The notes below the pieces were generated by a model. It worked only from the letters and a program-made list of their open reading frames with translations. It was not told the DNA's origin and ran no database searches. Shown here piece by piece: positions 20,311 to 29,480 of a stretch of 64,000 bases of DNA. A program made the position numbers and the translations under genes. The stretch lies in assembly GCA_902778895.1 (NCBI GenBank), contig CACYZF010000003.1:162410-226409 (forward strand), given 5' to 3'. This stretch comes from an uncultured bacterium. GTDB taxonomy: Bacteria > Verrucomicrobiota > Lentisphaeria > Victivallales > UBA1829. Position 1 is the first letter of the stretch; the number at the start of each line of letters is the position of its first letter.

Positions 20311-20847
20311 TTATGCGTTCTTCTTGCCGGGCTTGATCGTGACCTGTTCGTCCGAGTAACGGACACCCTTGCCCTTGTAGGGTTCGGGCTTGCGGAAGGC
20401 GCGGATCGTGGAGGCGACGGCGCCGACGAGCTGCTTGTCGTATCCCTCGATGGAGATCTTGTAGCCGTCGGTGACGGTGAGCTTGATGCCTTCGGGCACG
20501 ATGTAGTTGATGTCGTGGGAGAAGCCGAGCTTGAGCGTGAGCTTGTTGCCGGCGAGGTCGGCACGGAAGCCGACGCCGACGATCTCGAGGCCCTTGGAGT
20601 AGCCCTTGGACACGCCGATGACGGCGTTGTTGATGAGGGCGCGGTTCAGGCCGTGCATCGCTTTGGCGTTGTCGAGGTCGGTGTCGCGGCTCAGGATGAT
20701 CTGGTCGCCTTCGACCTTGACGGTGATGTGCTTCTGGGTTGGGATGGTGAGCGTACCGAGCTTACCGGTGATAACGGTCGCGCCGTCTTCGACTTTGGCG
20801 GTGACGCCAGCGGGGATGGCAACCGGTTTTTTACCAATACGAGACAT
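20311..20847 (-). CDS. rplF: 50S ribosomal protein L6
   Basis: MSRIGKKPVAIP, RKPEPYKGKGVRY. Confidence 0.98.
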   Translation of the reverse strand: MSRIGKKPVAIPAGVTAKVEDGATVITGKLGTLTIPTQKHITVKVEGDQIILSRDTDLDNAKAMHGLNRALINNAVIGVSKGYSKGLEIVGVGFRADLAGNKLTLKLGFSHDINYIVPEGIKLTVTDGYKISIEGYDKQLVGAVASTIRAFRKPEPYKGKGVRYSDEQVTIKPGKKNA

Positions 20848-20862
20848 GATGACTCCTTGAAG

Positions 20863-21255
20863 TTACCAGACGTAGCAGAGGATCTCTCCGCCCACGTTTT
20901 GTTTCTCGGCGTCTTTGCCGCTCAGTACACCTCTCGAGGTGGAGAGGATGGCGATACCCATTCCGTCCTTGACCTTCGGAATGTTCTGGCTGCCGCAGTA
21001 CAGTCTGCACGACGGCTTGGAAACACGCTGGAGGTTTTCGATGACGGGCTGGCGTTTGAAGTATTTCATGGTGATCTTCAGAACCTTCTTCGTTTCACCC
21101 TCGACGACATAGTCGGCGATGTAGCCTTCCTGCTTGAGGACTTCCGCGATGGCGGTCTTCATGATGGAAGAAGGCATGGAAACGACCTTCTGCATGGACA
21201 TGCAGCCGTTGCGAAGGCGCGTCAGCATATCTGAAATCGGATCCTGCATACTCAT
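20863..21255 (-). CDS. rpsH: 30S ribosomal protein S8
   Basis: DPISDMLTRLRN, VSKPSCRLY, ILSTSRGV, GGEILCYVW. Confidence 0.98.
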   Translation of the reverse strand: MSMQDPISDMLTRLRNGCMSMQKVVSMPSSIMKTAIAEVLKQEGYIADYVVEGETKKVLKITMKYFKRQPVIENLQRVSKPSCRLYCGSQNIPKVKDGMGIAILSTSRGVLSGKDAEKQNVGGEILCYVW

Positions 21256-21273
21256 TGTAGGGATTCCTTTCTG

Positions 21274-21459
21274 TTACCAACTGGCCTTAATCACGCCCGG
21301 AATCTGGCCGGTGGAGGCCATTTCACGGAAGCAGATACGGCAGAGTTTAAATTTGCGGATGACGGCGCGGGGACGACCGCAGGCGGCGCAACGCGTGTAG
21401 CTACGGACTTTGAATTTCCCGCCGCGTTTCTGTTTCGCAATCAGACTTTTCTTAGCCAT
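21274..21459 (-). CDS. rpsN: 30S ribosomal protein S14, zinc-binding (type Z) form
   Basis: 61 aa; [24 protein letters not shown] with four Cys. Confidence 0.97.
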   Translation of the reverse strand: MAKKSLIAKQKRGGKFKVRSYTRCAACGRPRAVIRKFKLCRICFREMASTGQIPGVIKASW

Positions 21460-21473
21460 TTCTTAACGTCTCC

Positions 21474-22010
21474 TTACTTGGCGAACGGGAAGTCCAGCAT
21501 GGTGAGAAGTTCCTTCGCCGCGGCGTCGGTCTTCGCGCTGGTCACGATCGTGATGTTCATTCCGAGCGGATATTTGATCTTGTCGAGGTCGATTTCGGTG
21601 AAGATCGAAACATCCGGGATGCCGAGGTTGTAGTTTCCGACGTGGTCGAAACCCTTCTTCGGAGCGCCGCGGAAGTCGCGGACGCGCGGGAAGGCGTTGT
21701 GGACCAGACGATCGAGGAACTGGTACATGCGGTCGCCGCGGAGGGTGACCATGAGACCGACGGACATGCCGGCGCGAAGCTTGAAGTTCGCAATGTTCTT
21801 TCTGGACTTGCAGACGACGGGGGCCTGGCCGGCGATGGCGGAGAGGTGGGTGCGGGCTTCGGAGAAAGCGTCCTTTTCCATCTTGGTGCCGATACCGGTG
21901 CTGATGACGATCTTCTTCAGCTTCGGAATCTCCATGACGTTCTTGAGGCCGAGCTTTTCCTGAAGAGCGGGACGGACCTGCTCATTGTAGTATTTTCTCA
22001 TATCGGGCAT
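21474..22010 (-). CDS. rplE: 50S ribosomal protein L5
   Basis: [42 protein letters not shown]. Confidence 0.98.
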   Translation of the reverse strand: MPDMRKYYNEQVRPALQEKLGLKNVMEIPKLKKIVISTGIGTKMEKDAFSEARTHLSAIAGQAPVVCKSRKNIANFKLRAGMSVGLMVTLRGDRMYQFLDRLVHNAFPRVRDFRGAPKKGFDHVGNYNLGIPDVSIFTEIDLDKIKYPLGMNITIVTSAKTDAAAKELLTMLDFPFAK

Positions 22011-22026
22011 TGTTCAGTTCCTCCAC

Positions 22027-22335
22027 TCACTCGGCCTTCTTCGCGCCTTCGTCGGCGGAAGCGATCTTCTTGACGTTGGAGACGTGCACGGAGACGGCGC
22101 GGTCGGCGAGGCCGCCGTTCGGATTCGCGGCGCTCTTGCGGACAGTGCGCTTCTTCGTGATGCGTTCACGGTCGCGGTCGGTGGGATTCTCGATTTCGAG
22201 GACGACGCGGTCTTTCTTCTTGAGGATGGCCACGACTTTGGCGGTTTTATCCTTCCAGCCGCCGCTGATGACCTGGACCTTGTCGTTCTTCTTGACGTGG
22301 TAGTGCTTCTGGCACTTGTTGAGTTCGTTATTCAT
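22027..22335 (-). CDS. rplX: 50S ribosomal protein L24
   Basis: [16 protein letters not shown]-like motif, VHVSNV; positioned after rplN. Confidence 0.93.
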   Translation of the reverse strand: MNNELNKCQKHYHVKKNDKVQVISGGWKDKTAKVVAILKKKDRVVLEIENPTDRDRERITKKRTVRKSAANPNGGLADRAVSVHVSNVKKIASADEGAKKAE

Positions 22336-22700
22336 CAGAGGACCTCCGGCGCCAGGGAAATGATTTTCATGAAGTTCTTGTCGCGAAGTTCACGGGCGAC
22401 CGGTCCGAAAATGCGGGTGCCTTTCGGATTCTTCTGGTCGTCGATGATCACGGCGGCGTTCTTGTCGAAGCGCAGATAGGATCCGTCGGAACGGCGGATG
22501 CGGGCGGCGGTGCGAACGACGACGGCCTTGACGACGTCGCCTTTCTTCACGGTACCGCCGGGGATGGCTTCCTTGACAGTGGCGGTGAAGATATCGCCGA
22601 TGGAGGCGATGGTCTTGCGCTGGCCGAGGACGGTGATGAGCACGATGCGCTTGGCGCCGGAATTGTCGGCGACTTCAAAACTGGATTGCATCTGAACCAT
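22335..22700 (-). CDS. rplN: 50S ribosomal protein L14
   Basis: [36 protein letters not shown]. Confidence 0.98.
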   Translation of the reverse strand: MVQMQSSFEVADNSGAKRIVLITVLGQRKTIASIGDIFTATVKEAIPGGTVKKGDVVKAVVVRTAARIRRSDGSYLRFDKNAAVIIDDQKNPKGTRIFGPVARELRDKNFMKIISLAPEVL

Positions 22701-22715
22701 AGTTCAAGTCTCCTC

Positions 22716-23009
22716 TTATTCGCTGCGGCTGATGATTTTGACCAGGCGCCAGTGCTTGGTCTTGCTCAGGGGGCGGGTCTCCGCGATCATGACCTGATCG
22801 CCGACCTTCGCTTCGTTGTTCTCGTCATGAGCCGCATAACGGACGTGGCTCTTGACGACCTTCTTGTACCGGGGATGCGCGGAACGCGTCACGATCTCAA
22901 CGACGATCGTCTTGTTCTGGGCGTCGCTGATGACGTTTCCGACGCGCGTTTTCCGGTGGCCGCGCACGACGGCTGCGGCAGCGGTATCAGTCTTAATGGT
23001 TTCGTCCAT
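22716..23009 (-). CDS. rpsQ: 30S ribosomal protein S17
   Basis: KTIVVEI, HPRYKKVVK, AHDENN, ETRPLSKTKHWRL. Confidence 0.97.
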   Translation of the reverse strand: MDETIKTDTAAAAVVRGHRKTRVGNVISDAQNKTIVVEIVTRSAHPRYKKVVKSHVRYAAHDENNEAKVGDQVMIAETRPLSKTKHWRLVKIISRSE

Positions 23010-23021
23010 TTCAGGTATTCC

Positions 23022-23243
23022 TTATTTGCCGGCCGAAGCGCGTTTGTTGAGTTCGGTCATCACCCGGGCGAGGTTGCGGCGGGCGGTGCGGATTTTGGCC
23101 GGGCTTTCGAGCTGACCGGATTTGGCCTGGGCGCGGAGGAGGAACTTTTCCTTGCGGAGCGCACCGTCGCGAGCGACGAGTTCGTCCTGCGGAAGTTCGC
23201 GGATCTGCTGCATGGCCTTATTGACAGTTTTTTTGTTTTTCAT
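23022..23243 (-). CDS. rpmC: 50S ribosomal protein L29
   Basis: IRELPQDEL...KFLLR...GQLESPAKIRTARRNLARVMT; positioned between rplP and rpsQ. Confidence 0.93.
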   Translation of the reverse strand: MKNKKTVNKAMQQIRELPQDELVARDGALRKEKFLLRAQAKSGQLESPAKIRTARRNLARVMTELNKRASAGK

Positions 23244-23261
23244 GACAGGTCCTTCCTCACA

Positions 23262-23681
23262 TTAGACAGCCGGGATCCGGGAGACGAAGCGGCAGCGGAT
23301 CGGGAGCTTGGAAGCGGCGAGGCTCATGGCCTCCTTCGCAAGGGTCTCGGAGCAGCCGGATATCTCGAAGAGCATGCGGCCGGGCTGAACCGGGGCGACC
23401 CAGTATTCGACGTTGCCTTTGCCCTTACCCATACGGACTTCCAGGGGCTTCTTCGTGCAGGGCTTGTACGGGAACAGGCGGATCCACACCTGACCGCGGC
23501 GTTTCATGTGGCGGGTAATCGCGACACGGGCGGCTTCGATCTGGGCAGCGGTCAGGAAACCGCGCTCAAACGTCTGCAATCCGAAATCGCCGAAATCCAG
23601 TTTGTTGCAGCGTTGGGACAGCCCGGCGTTATTACCGCGCTGCACCTTTCTGTGCTTTACTCTTTTTGGCATTAACGGCAT
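23262..23681 (-). CDS. rplP: 50S ribosomal protein L16
   Basis: [38 protein letters not shown]. Confidence 0.98.
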   Translation of the reverse strand: MPLMPKRVKHRKVQRGNNAGLSQRCNKLDFGDFGLQTFERGFLTAAQIEAARVAITRHMKRRGQVWIRLFPYKPCTKKPLEVRMGKGKGNVEYWVAPVQPGRMLFEISGCSETLAKEAMSLAASKLPIRCRFVSRIPAV

Positions 23682-24333
23682 TTTGCATTTCCTCCGTGAG
23701 TTCCTTGTGGCAGATCCAAACCTTCACGCCGATTTTGCCTGCGGTCGTGTTGGCCTCGGTGAATCCGTAATCGATGAAAGCCTTCAGGGTCTGAAGCGGC
23801 GTGCGCCCTTCCTTGTAGGTTTCGGTGCGGGCCAGTTCCGCGGCGCCGAGTCGGCCGGAGCACTGGATTTTAACGCCTTCGGCGCCGAGTTCCATGGCGG
23901 TCTGAATGGCCTTCTTCATGGCACGGCGAAAACCGATGCGGCGTTCGAGCTGGGCAGCCACGTTTTCAGCGACGAGCTGAGCGTTGGTCTCGGGCTGCTT
24001 GACCTCGATGACGTCGACGATGAGCTCCTGCCCTTTGTCGAGGAGCTTGCTCACTTCGTCGCGCAGTCTGTCGATCTCGGCGTCCTTGCCGCCCTTCTTG
24101 CCCAGGAGCACGCCCGGACGAGCGGCGAAGATGGTGGTGCGAACGCGGTTGAAATAGCGTTCGATCAGGATGTTGGAGATCGCAGCCTGATTGTAGTTTT
24201 TCTTGATGTAGGTGCGGACCTTGCGGTCTTCGTGGAGCCACGTCCCGAAGTTGTCCTTGCGGGCGAACCAACGGGAGCACCAATTCTTGTTCAGGGCAAG
24301 TCTGAGCCCGATCGGATTAATTTTTTGTCCCAC
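23632..24333 (-). CDS. rpsC: 30S ribosomal protein S3
   Basis: [45 protein letters not shown]. Confidence 0.98.
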   Translation of the reverse strand: MGQKINPIGLRLALNKNWCSRWFARKDNFGTWLHEDRKVRTYIKKNYNQAAISNILIERYFNRVRTTIFAARPGVLLGKKGGKDAEIDRLRDEVSKLLDKGQELIVDVIEVKQPETNAQLVAENVAAQLERRIGFRRAMKKAIQTAMELGAEGVKIQCSGRLGAAELARTETYKEGRTPLQTLKAFIDYGFTEANTTAGKIGVKVWICHKELTEEMQNAVNAKKSKAQKGAAR

Positions 24334-24351
24334 TGTGATTTCCTTTCAATC

Positions 24352-24681
24352 TCAGTCGTCGGTAAGAACCACCGTGAAGTGGCTCATGCGTTTGCGGATT
24401 CTGCCCGCCATGCCGCGTGCCTTCGGACGGAAACGCTTCAGCATCGGACCGGGGTCCGCGACTGCGGTTTTGACCATCAGGGACGCTTCGTTCATTCCGC
24501 TTTCGGCTGCAGCCGCCTTGGCGCATTTGAGCGTCTTGGCGAACAGCTTGGCGGCTTTTCTCGGGGAAATTTCCGCGATCGCAAGCGCCTCGGCGTAGGG
24601 CTTTCCCTGGATGACCCGGGAGAAATCCATACCCTTGGACGGAGCAATGCGGACATACCTTGTTACTGCCCGAACTTCCAT
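24352..24681 (-). CDS. rplV: 50S ribosomal protein L22
   Basis: RYVRIAPSK, GPMLKRFRPKARG, SHFTVVL. Confidence 0.97.
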   Translation of the reverse strand: MEVRAVTRYVRIAPSKGMDFSRVIQGKPYAEALAIAEISPRKAAKLFAKTLKCAKAAAAESGMNEASLMVKTAVADPGPMLKRFRPKARGMAGRIRKRMSHFTVVLTDD

Positions 24682-24689
24682 GTTGTTCT

Positions 24690-24912
24690 CGCTTTGTTGT
24701 TATGGTTTTGGGTTGAAGATAGTGCGAACTGTATGTATTTGAGCATCCCGGACCCTGCGGCACAATGCACCGCAAGACCCGGAACGGGTTTCCAATGGAG
24801 CTGCCGTCCGCCGCGTCTGATACCGGGCATTTTCAGCTGGGCTGAGTGTCCCCGGGCAAAGATAGCTTAGAACAGCAAATTGGGCTGTCGCCGCGTTTTC
24901 TGCGGCAAACAG
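24690..24912 (-). promoter_or_regulatory. Candidate structured 5' leader RNA of the rplV operon
   Basis: About 230 nt of non-coding sequence between the predicted promoter and the rplV ATG, with four hand-folded hairpins, including a 13-bp stem at 24748-24782. Confidence 0.45.
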
Positions 24913-24919
24913 AGTTAAT

Positions 24920-24948
24920 AATATACTTTCTCATTCCATGATTTTCCA
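24920..24948 (-). promoter_or_regulatory. Putative promoter of the rplV-secY operon
   Basis: TGGAAA-N17-TATATT. Confidence 0.55.
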
Positions 24949-25031
24949 GTCCGTTTCCAAAAAAAATGCACTTTTTTTCGATTTTTTTTCGGTCCGGGAT
25001 GGAAAATGCGGAAAAATGCAAGATTTATACT

Positions 25032-26234
25032 TTATTTACCTTCTACCGTGCCGCCCCCGCGGAACAGCCGGTCGACCGCCTTGATAAAGCGCATCGTCCG
25101 CGTCATCCGCGGCGTGATCGCGCCTTTCGGACAGTGTTCCTGGCAGCAGAAACACCGGATGCAGTGCGGAAGATCGAAGGCGGGTTTGCCGCCGGAAAGC
25201 TTCAGGGATTTCGGAGGGCACATTTTCACGCAGACGCCGCAGCCGACGCATTTCGCCGGATCAAGGACCGGATTCACAACCATCAGTTTGTAAAGCGGCT
25301 TCTGCATCCATTTCGGAATGCCGACGCCGAGATGCATCTGCGCCATGTCCATGACGGGACGGTCCGGAAGCGCCAGCGGTTCGCAGACGGGCAGCGGATC
25401 GGGATTGTCGACCGTTTCCGTCGCGGGGAACAGCCCGCGCGCCTTCGCGCGTTTGATGATGTGCAATGTATCGGGATCAACGCCGAGAACCCGCGCCGCG
25501 ACCGCGTCAATCGCCAGAGCGTCGGTGCCGCCCGCGATGAAATGCCGGTCCGCCGGAGTCCCCGCGCCGGGGCCGTTGCCCTCCATGCAGGTGACGGCAT
25601 CGAGCAGATTGAATGCTGGCCGGACAACGAGATAAAGGTCGAGGAGCATATCGGCGAATTTGTCGTAGTCGCGTCCGACGGCGAGATGCCAGGCGAGCCG
25701 GTCGCCGCCGTTGACAAGGCCGAAAAGGTTTTTGACGCAGAAGGTCAGGGTCATCATGCCGTGCGTCTTGGCTTTAGCGAGGTCGGCGACGAAATCGTAT
25801 TCGCGGAACTCATTGGCGATTTCGAGATTGCGGAAGAAAACGGCGTCGAGCGGGGGTTGTTTGATATAGTTTTTGAAATTGGCGGACGCGACGCCGAGCG
25901 ATTTCAGTTCGTCGGCGATCCCCATGGCACGGAGGATCTGCGGCGTGGTCTGCACGGCGGGATTCTCCAGGATGGCCACGCACGACGCTCCGGCGTCCAG
26001 AAAGACTTTCGCCGTCTCGACGATGAACCGCGGATGTACGGCCTGCGGATCGTTTTCCTTGCGCCAGGCCAGCAGATTGGGTTTCAGCATCACGGATTTG
26101 CCGGAGACGCCGCCCGCCGCCTCGATCTGAGGTTGCAGGACGTGTTCGAGCGCGGGACGCAGCGCCTGCGGCGTGTAGTCGGCGCAGGGAGCGAACGCCA
26201 GCCGGATATTCTTATTCTTCCGTTCGGACGTCAT
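25032..26234 (-). CDS. DUF362 domain protein with a C-terminal 2x[4Fe-4S] ferredoxin
   Basis: GKSVMLKPNLL, AVHP, KAKTHGMMTLTFCVKNLFG, IAGGTDALAIDAV; CVGCGVCVKMCP and CIRCFCCQEHCP; start moved to MTSERK, which overlaps the upstream stop (ATGA). Confidence 0.85.
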   Translation of the reverse strand: MTSERKNKNIRLAFAPCADYTPQALRPALEHVLQPQIEAAGGVSGKSVMLKPNLLAWRKENDPQAVHPRFIVETAKVFLDAGASCVAILENPAVQTTPQILRAMGIADELKSLGVASANFKNYIKQPPLDAVFFRNLEIANEFREYDFVADLAKAKTHGMMTLTFCVKNLFGLVNGGDRLAWHLAVGRDYDKFADMLLDLYLVVRPAFNLLDAVTCMEGNGPGAGTPADRHFIAGGTDALAIDAVAARVLGVDPDTLHIIKRAKARGLFPATETVDNPDPLPVCEPLALPDRPVMDMAQMHLGVGIPKWMQKPLYKLMVVNPVLDPAKCVGCGVCVKMCPPKSLKLSGGKPAFDLPHCIRCFCCQEHCPKGAITPRMTRTMRFIKAVDRLFRGGGTVEGK

Positions 26235-26893
26235 TTGCTCTTCAGCCATTGAATCAGCTCCGTGATGTCCGCGATGAGGTCGGGATTCCGCGTACATTCG
26301 GGCTTGTGGCCGGGGATGAACGCGGCGATGCGGCCGCCCCACGGCGCAGCCGCCAGATATGCCTGCGGATAGGTGCGTCCGTTTATGGTCGTCTCCATGA
26401 GGATCGTGACCGGGGAGACCTGTTCGAGGTCGATGTACACTTCATCGGTCGGGAGCTCGATGCGGCGCAGGCGCGAGGCGAGCGGATGGCGCACCTTGGC
26501 GACCTCGACCGTGCAGGGCGCGACCGGATGCGTGGAGGGCGCGATTCCGTCCGGGTCCTCCGGGCGCACCCATCGGAGCCCGACCATGCCGCGCCACCAG
26601 TCCCAGCCCCAGAACGCCGCGCTGGACCCGTGAAGGAGCAGCAGGTCGCCGCCGCGTTCGCAGTAGGCGCGGACGGCTTGTTCCGCGCCGGAACCCGGCA
26701 TCGGCTGGCCGCAGGTGCCCGCGATCATGTGGAGCACGAGCAGGCCGCAATCCTTCACCCATTCACCGGATTCGAGCAGGGACCAGTCGTTTTCCGAGAA
26801 CACCGTTTCTCTGCGGAATTCCTCCGGCAGAAGCTCGAAGATATGCCTGCCAGGGTTTACGCCGTAATGGTCGTCGGCGAAAAAGTAGTTCAC
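26231..26893 (-). CDS. ThuA-like (class I glutamine amidotransferase-like fold) protein
   Basis: GGDLLLLHGSSAAF..WDWWRGMVG, STHP, HPLASRL, TDEVY, GGRIAAFIPGH; GTG start. Confidence 0.7.
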   Translation of the reverse strand: MNYFFADDHYGVNPGRHIFELLPEEFRRETVFSENDWSLLESGEWVKDCGLLVLHMIAGTCGQPMPGSGAEQAVRAYCERGGDLLLLHGSSAAFWGWDWWRGMVGLRWVRPEDPDGIAPSTHPVAPCTVEVAKVRHPLASRLRRIELPTDEVYIDLEQVSPVTILMETTINGRTYPQAYLAAAPWGGRIAAFIPGHKPECTRNPDLIADITELIQWLKSK

Positions 26894-26946
26894 GGATACC
26901 TCCTTGGGTTGGCACTGAGCGGGGGATGCAATAGGATGAGTTCAAT

Positions 26947-26975
26947 AATATAGCATCTCTCCCGGAGAAAATCAA
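26947..26975 (-). promoter_or_regulatory. Putative promoter of the ThuA-like/DUF362 pair
   Basis: TTGATT-N17-TATATT. Confidence 0.5.
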
Positions 26976-27090
26976 AACGATGCTTGAAAAAAACAGACCG
27001 CGCGTGTATTGTATTTTTCATCAATGTTACGAAAGCGGAACGGCTTCCATTCGATCCGGCGTCCGCATGTTTTTGTCGAAAGAGATCACC

Positions 27091-28506
27091 ATGGGACACT
27101 ATCACTCACTGCACAACGGCGGAAAATACGGATATCCGATGCCGTGTCTCGAACACGAGTTCCGGCCGGCCGTGCTGGAACACCGTCTCTTCCGCGCCAT
27201 GGTCAGGAAGTCCGGACGCGCGACGCCGCTGAAACTCGCGGCCGCGACGCCGTCCGGGCAGGTCGTGACCGTGGAAACGGTCGTGTTCGGCAATCCGGAT
27301 GCGACGGAGGCCGCGGCGAACGTGCGCCATGCGGAACGCCTCGTAAAGAGTCTGCTGTGGATCGGCGGCGGCAGCCGGATCATTGTCGCCGGATCGAACG
27401 GGATCGCGGCGGCGCTCGCGAAGATCTATGCGCCGGACGGCGAACGCGCGTTCGATTATGCCAGCATGACGAAGATCTACGAAACCCCGCTCACCGTGGA
27501 ATCCGTGCCGTTCGAGGACGCCCCGGCGGCCTGCGAGCCGCAAAACGGCCTCGGCCGGCATTTCGAGGACTGCCGCATCGGATTCGACCTCGGCGCGAGC
27601 GACCGCAAATGCGCCGCGGTGCAGGACGGCAAGGTCGTCTTCTCCGAGGAGGTTGTATGGGATCCGTCCAAACAGGCCGACCCCGCCTGGCACCGCGCGG
27701 GCATCAACGACTCCATCCGCCGGGCCGCAGCCCATCTGCCGCGCATCGACGCGATCGGGGGAAGCGCCGCGGGCGTGTACATCAACAACCGCGTGCGAAT
27801 GGCCTCGCTCTTCCGCAGCGTCCCGCCGGAACGCTTCGAACAGGAAGCCGCGCCCGTTTTCGATTTCATACGCGAGGACTGGCATGGTGTGCCGTTCGCC
27901 GTCGTGAACGACGGGGAAGCCGCCGCGCTTGCCGCCTCGGTCCAGCTCGGACGCAACGGCATCCTCGGGGTGTCGTTCGGCAGCAGCATGGCGGGCGGAT
28001 ATGTGAACGGCGCGGGATGCATCACGGGCCGCCTCAACGAGCTGGCGTTCGTGCCGGTGGACTATTCCGCGTCGGCTCCTCGCGACGAGTGGAGCGGCGA
28101 CCGGGGATGCGGCGTGAACTACTTCTCCCAGCAGGGCGCGGCGCGTCTGGCCGCAAACACCGGACTGCTTTTCTCCCCGAACGTGCCGCTTCCGCAGGTG
28201 CTTCTGGGAATTCAGGCGTACGCGGAGGAAGGCGACGAACGCGCGCTGAACGTCTTCCGCAGCATCGGAACGGTGTTCGGGTACACTGTCGCGGGCTTCT
28301 GCGAGTTCTATCCGGTCATCGAAACCGCCGTCATCATGGGGCGCGTGACCAGCGGCGTCGGCGGCGACCTCATCAGCGAGGAGGCGAACCGCGTCCTGGC
28401 CGATGTCTTCCCCGAACTCAAAACGACCGTGGCCGTACCGGACGACTCCATGCGGCGGCACGGACAGGCCGTCGCAGCAGCCACGCTCCCGGAAATCCGA
28501 ACTTAA
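27091..28506 (+). CDS. ROK family protein (sugar kinase/regulator-like) with an extended N-terminal domain
   Basis: IGFDLGASDRK, IGGSAAGVY, VVNDGEAAALA, GVSFGSSMAGGY, NELAFVPVD; start placed at MGHYHS (the track starts at 26980). Confidence 0.8.
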   Translation: MGHYHSLHNGGKYGYPMPCLEHEFRPAVLEHRLFRAMVRKSGRATPLKLAAATPSGQVVTVETVVFGNPDATEAAANVRHAERLVKSLLWIGGGSRIIVAGSNGIAAALAKIYAPDGERAFDYASMTKIYETPLTVESVPFEDAPAACEPQNGLGRHFEDCRIGFDLGASDRKCAAVQDGKVVFSEEVVWDPSKQADPAWHRAGINDSIRRAAAHLPRIDAIGGSAAGVYINNRVRMASLFRSVPPERFEQEAAPVFDFIREDWHGVPFAVVNDGEAAALAASVQLGRNGILGVSFGSSMAGGYVNGAGCITGRLNELAFVPVDYSASAPRDEWSGDRGCGVNYFSQQGAARLAANTGLLFSPNVPLPQVLLGIQAYAEEGDERALNVFRSIGTVFGYTVAGFCEFYPVIETAVIMGRVTSGVGGDLISEEANRVLADVFPELKTTVAVPDDSMRRHGQAVAAATLPEIRT

Positions 28507-28545
28507 AACTGCAATACTCAACCTCGCATACACAGGAGAATTAAC

Positions 28546-29454
28546 ATGAAAGAAATGACGCTGATGGTGCTCGCCGCCGGAATGGGAAGCCGCTACGGCG
28601 GACTCAAGCAGATCGACCCGGTCGGGCCGAATGGCGAGATCATCCTCGACTATTCCATCCACGACGCCATGGAGGGCGGATTCAACAAGGTCGTGTTCGT
28701 GATCCGGCGCGACATCGAACAGGCGTTCCGCGAAGCGGTCGGCGCGAAGTGGGAAAAGCGCGTCGCCGTGGAATACGCGTTCCAGGAGCTCAATGCCCTG
28801 CCCGCCGGACACGGCGTCCCGGAAGACCGCCAGAAACCGTGGGGGACAGGCCACGCCGTGCTCTGCGCCGCCGACAAGATCTCCGGTCCGTTCGCCGCCA
28901 TCAACGCGGACGATTTCTACGGCCGCAGTGGATTCGTGCAGCTCGGCAGGGCGCTGGCGGAAAACGCCGATCCCGTTCGTCATTTCATGGTCGGATACCC
29001 GCTCCGCAACACGCTTTCCAAGTTCGGCTCCGTCTCGCGCGGCGTCTGCACGGCCAATGCGGACGGCACCCTGAAGGAAGTCACCGAACGCACGAAGATT
29101 GAACCGGACGGCGCTGACGGCGCGGTCGCGGTCGACGAGAACGGCGCGAAGTTCGCGTTCACCGGCGGCGAGATCGTCTCCATGAACTTCTGGGGATTCA
29201 TGCCGTCGCTGTTCGACGGTCTCCGCGGGCTCTTCGAGGTGTTCCTGCGCGAACACGGCTCCGAACTCAAATCCGAGTTCTATCTCCCCGCCGCCGTCGC
29301 CTCCATGATCGGCGCGGGGCAGGCGTCCGTCGGCATCCTCGAAAGTCAGGATTCCTGGCTCGGCGTGACCTACCGCGAGGACAAGCCGCGCGTTCAGGCC
29401 GGAATCGCCGCGCTGGTCGAATCCGGCGTGTATCCCTCGCCTCTGCTCGCCTGA
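28546..29454 (+). CDS. Sugar-phosphate nucleotidyltransferase
   Basis: LAAGMGSRYGGLKQIDPVGP, KPWGTGHAVL, INADDFYG, VSMNFWGF, EFYLP, WLGVTY. Confidence 0.9.
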   Translation: MKEMTLMVLAAGMGSRYGGLKQIDPVGPNGEIILDYSIHDAMEGGFNKVVFVIRRDIEQAFREAVGAKWEKRVAVEYAFQELNALPAGHGVPEDRQKPWGTGHAVLCAADKISGPFAAINADDFYGRSGFVQLGRALAENADPVRHFMVGYPLRNTLSKFGSVSRGVCTANADGTLKEVTERTKIEPDGADGAVAVDENGAKFAFTGGEIVSMNFWGFMPSLFDGLRGLFEVFLREHGSELKSEFYLPAAVASMIGAGQASVGILESQDSWLGVTYREDKPRVQAGIAALVESGVYPSPLLA

Positions 29455-29480
29455 ACTCAAATTCAAAAAGAGATGATCCC

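Noticed and set aside
24690-24912. SRP RNA, 6S RNA, tRNA or a known riboswitch as the explanation for the structured region
   Set aside because: No SRP GGAA tetraloop/CAGG-AGCA motif, no long 6S-like duplex, no cloverleaf or TTCGA, and no recognisable aptamer consensus. Kept only as a candidate leader.
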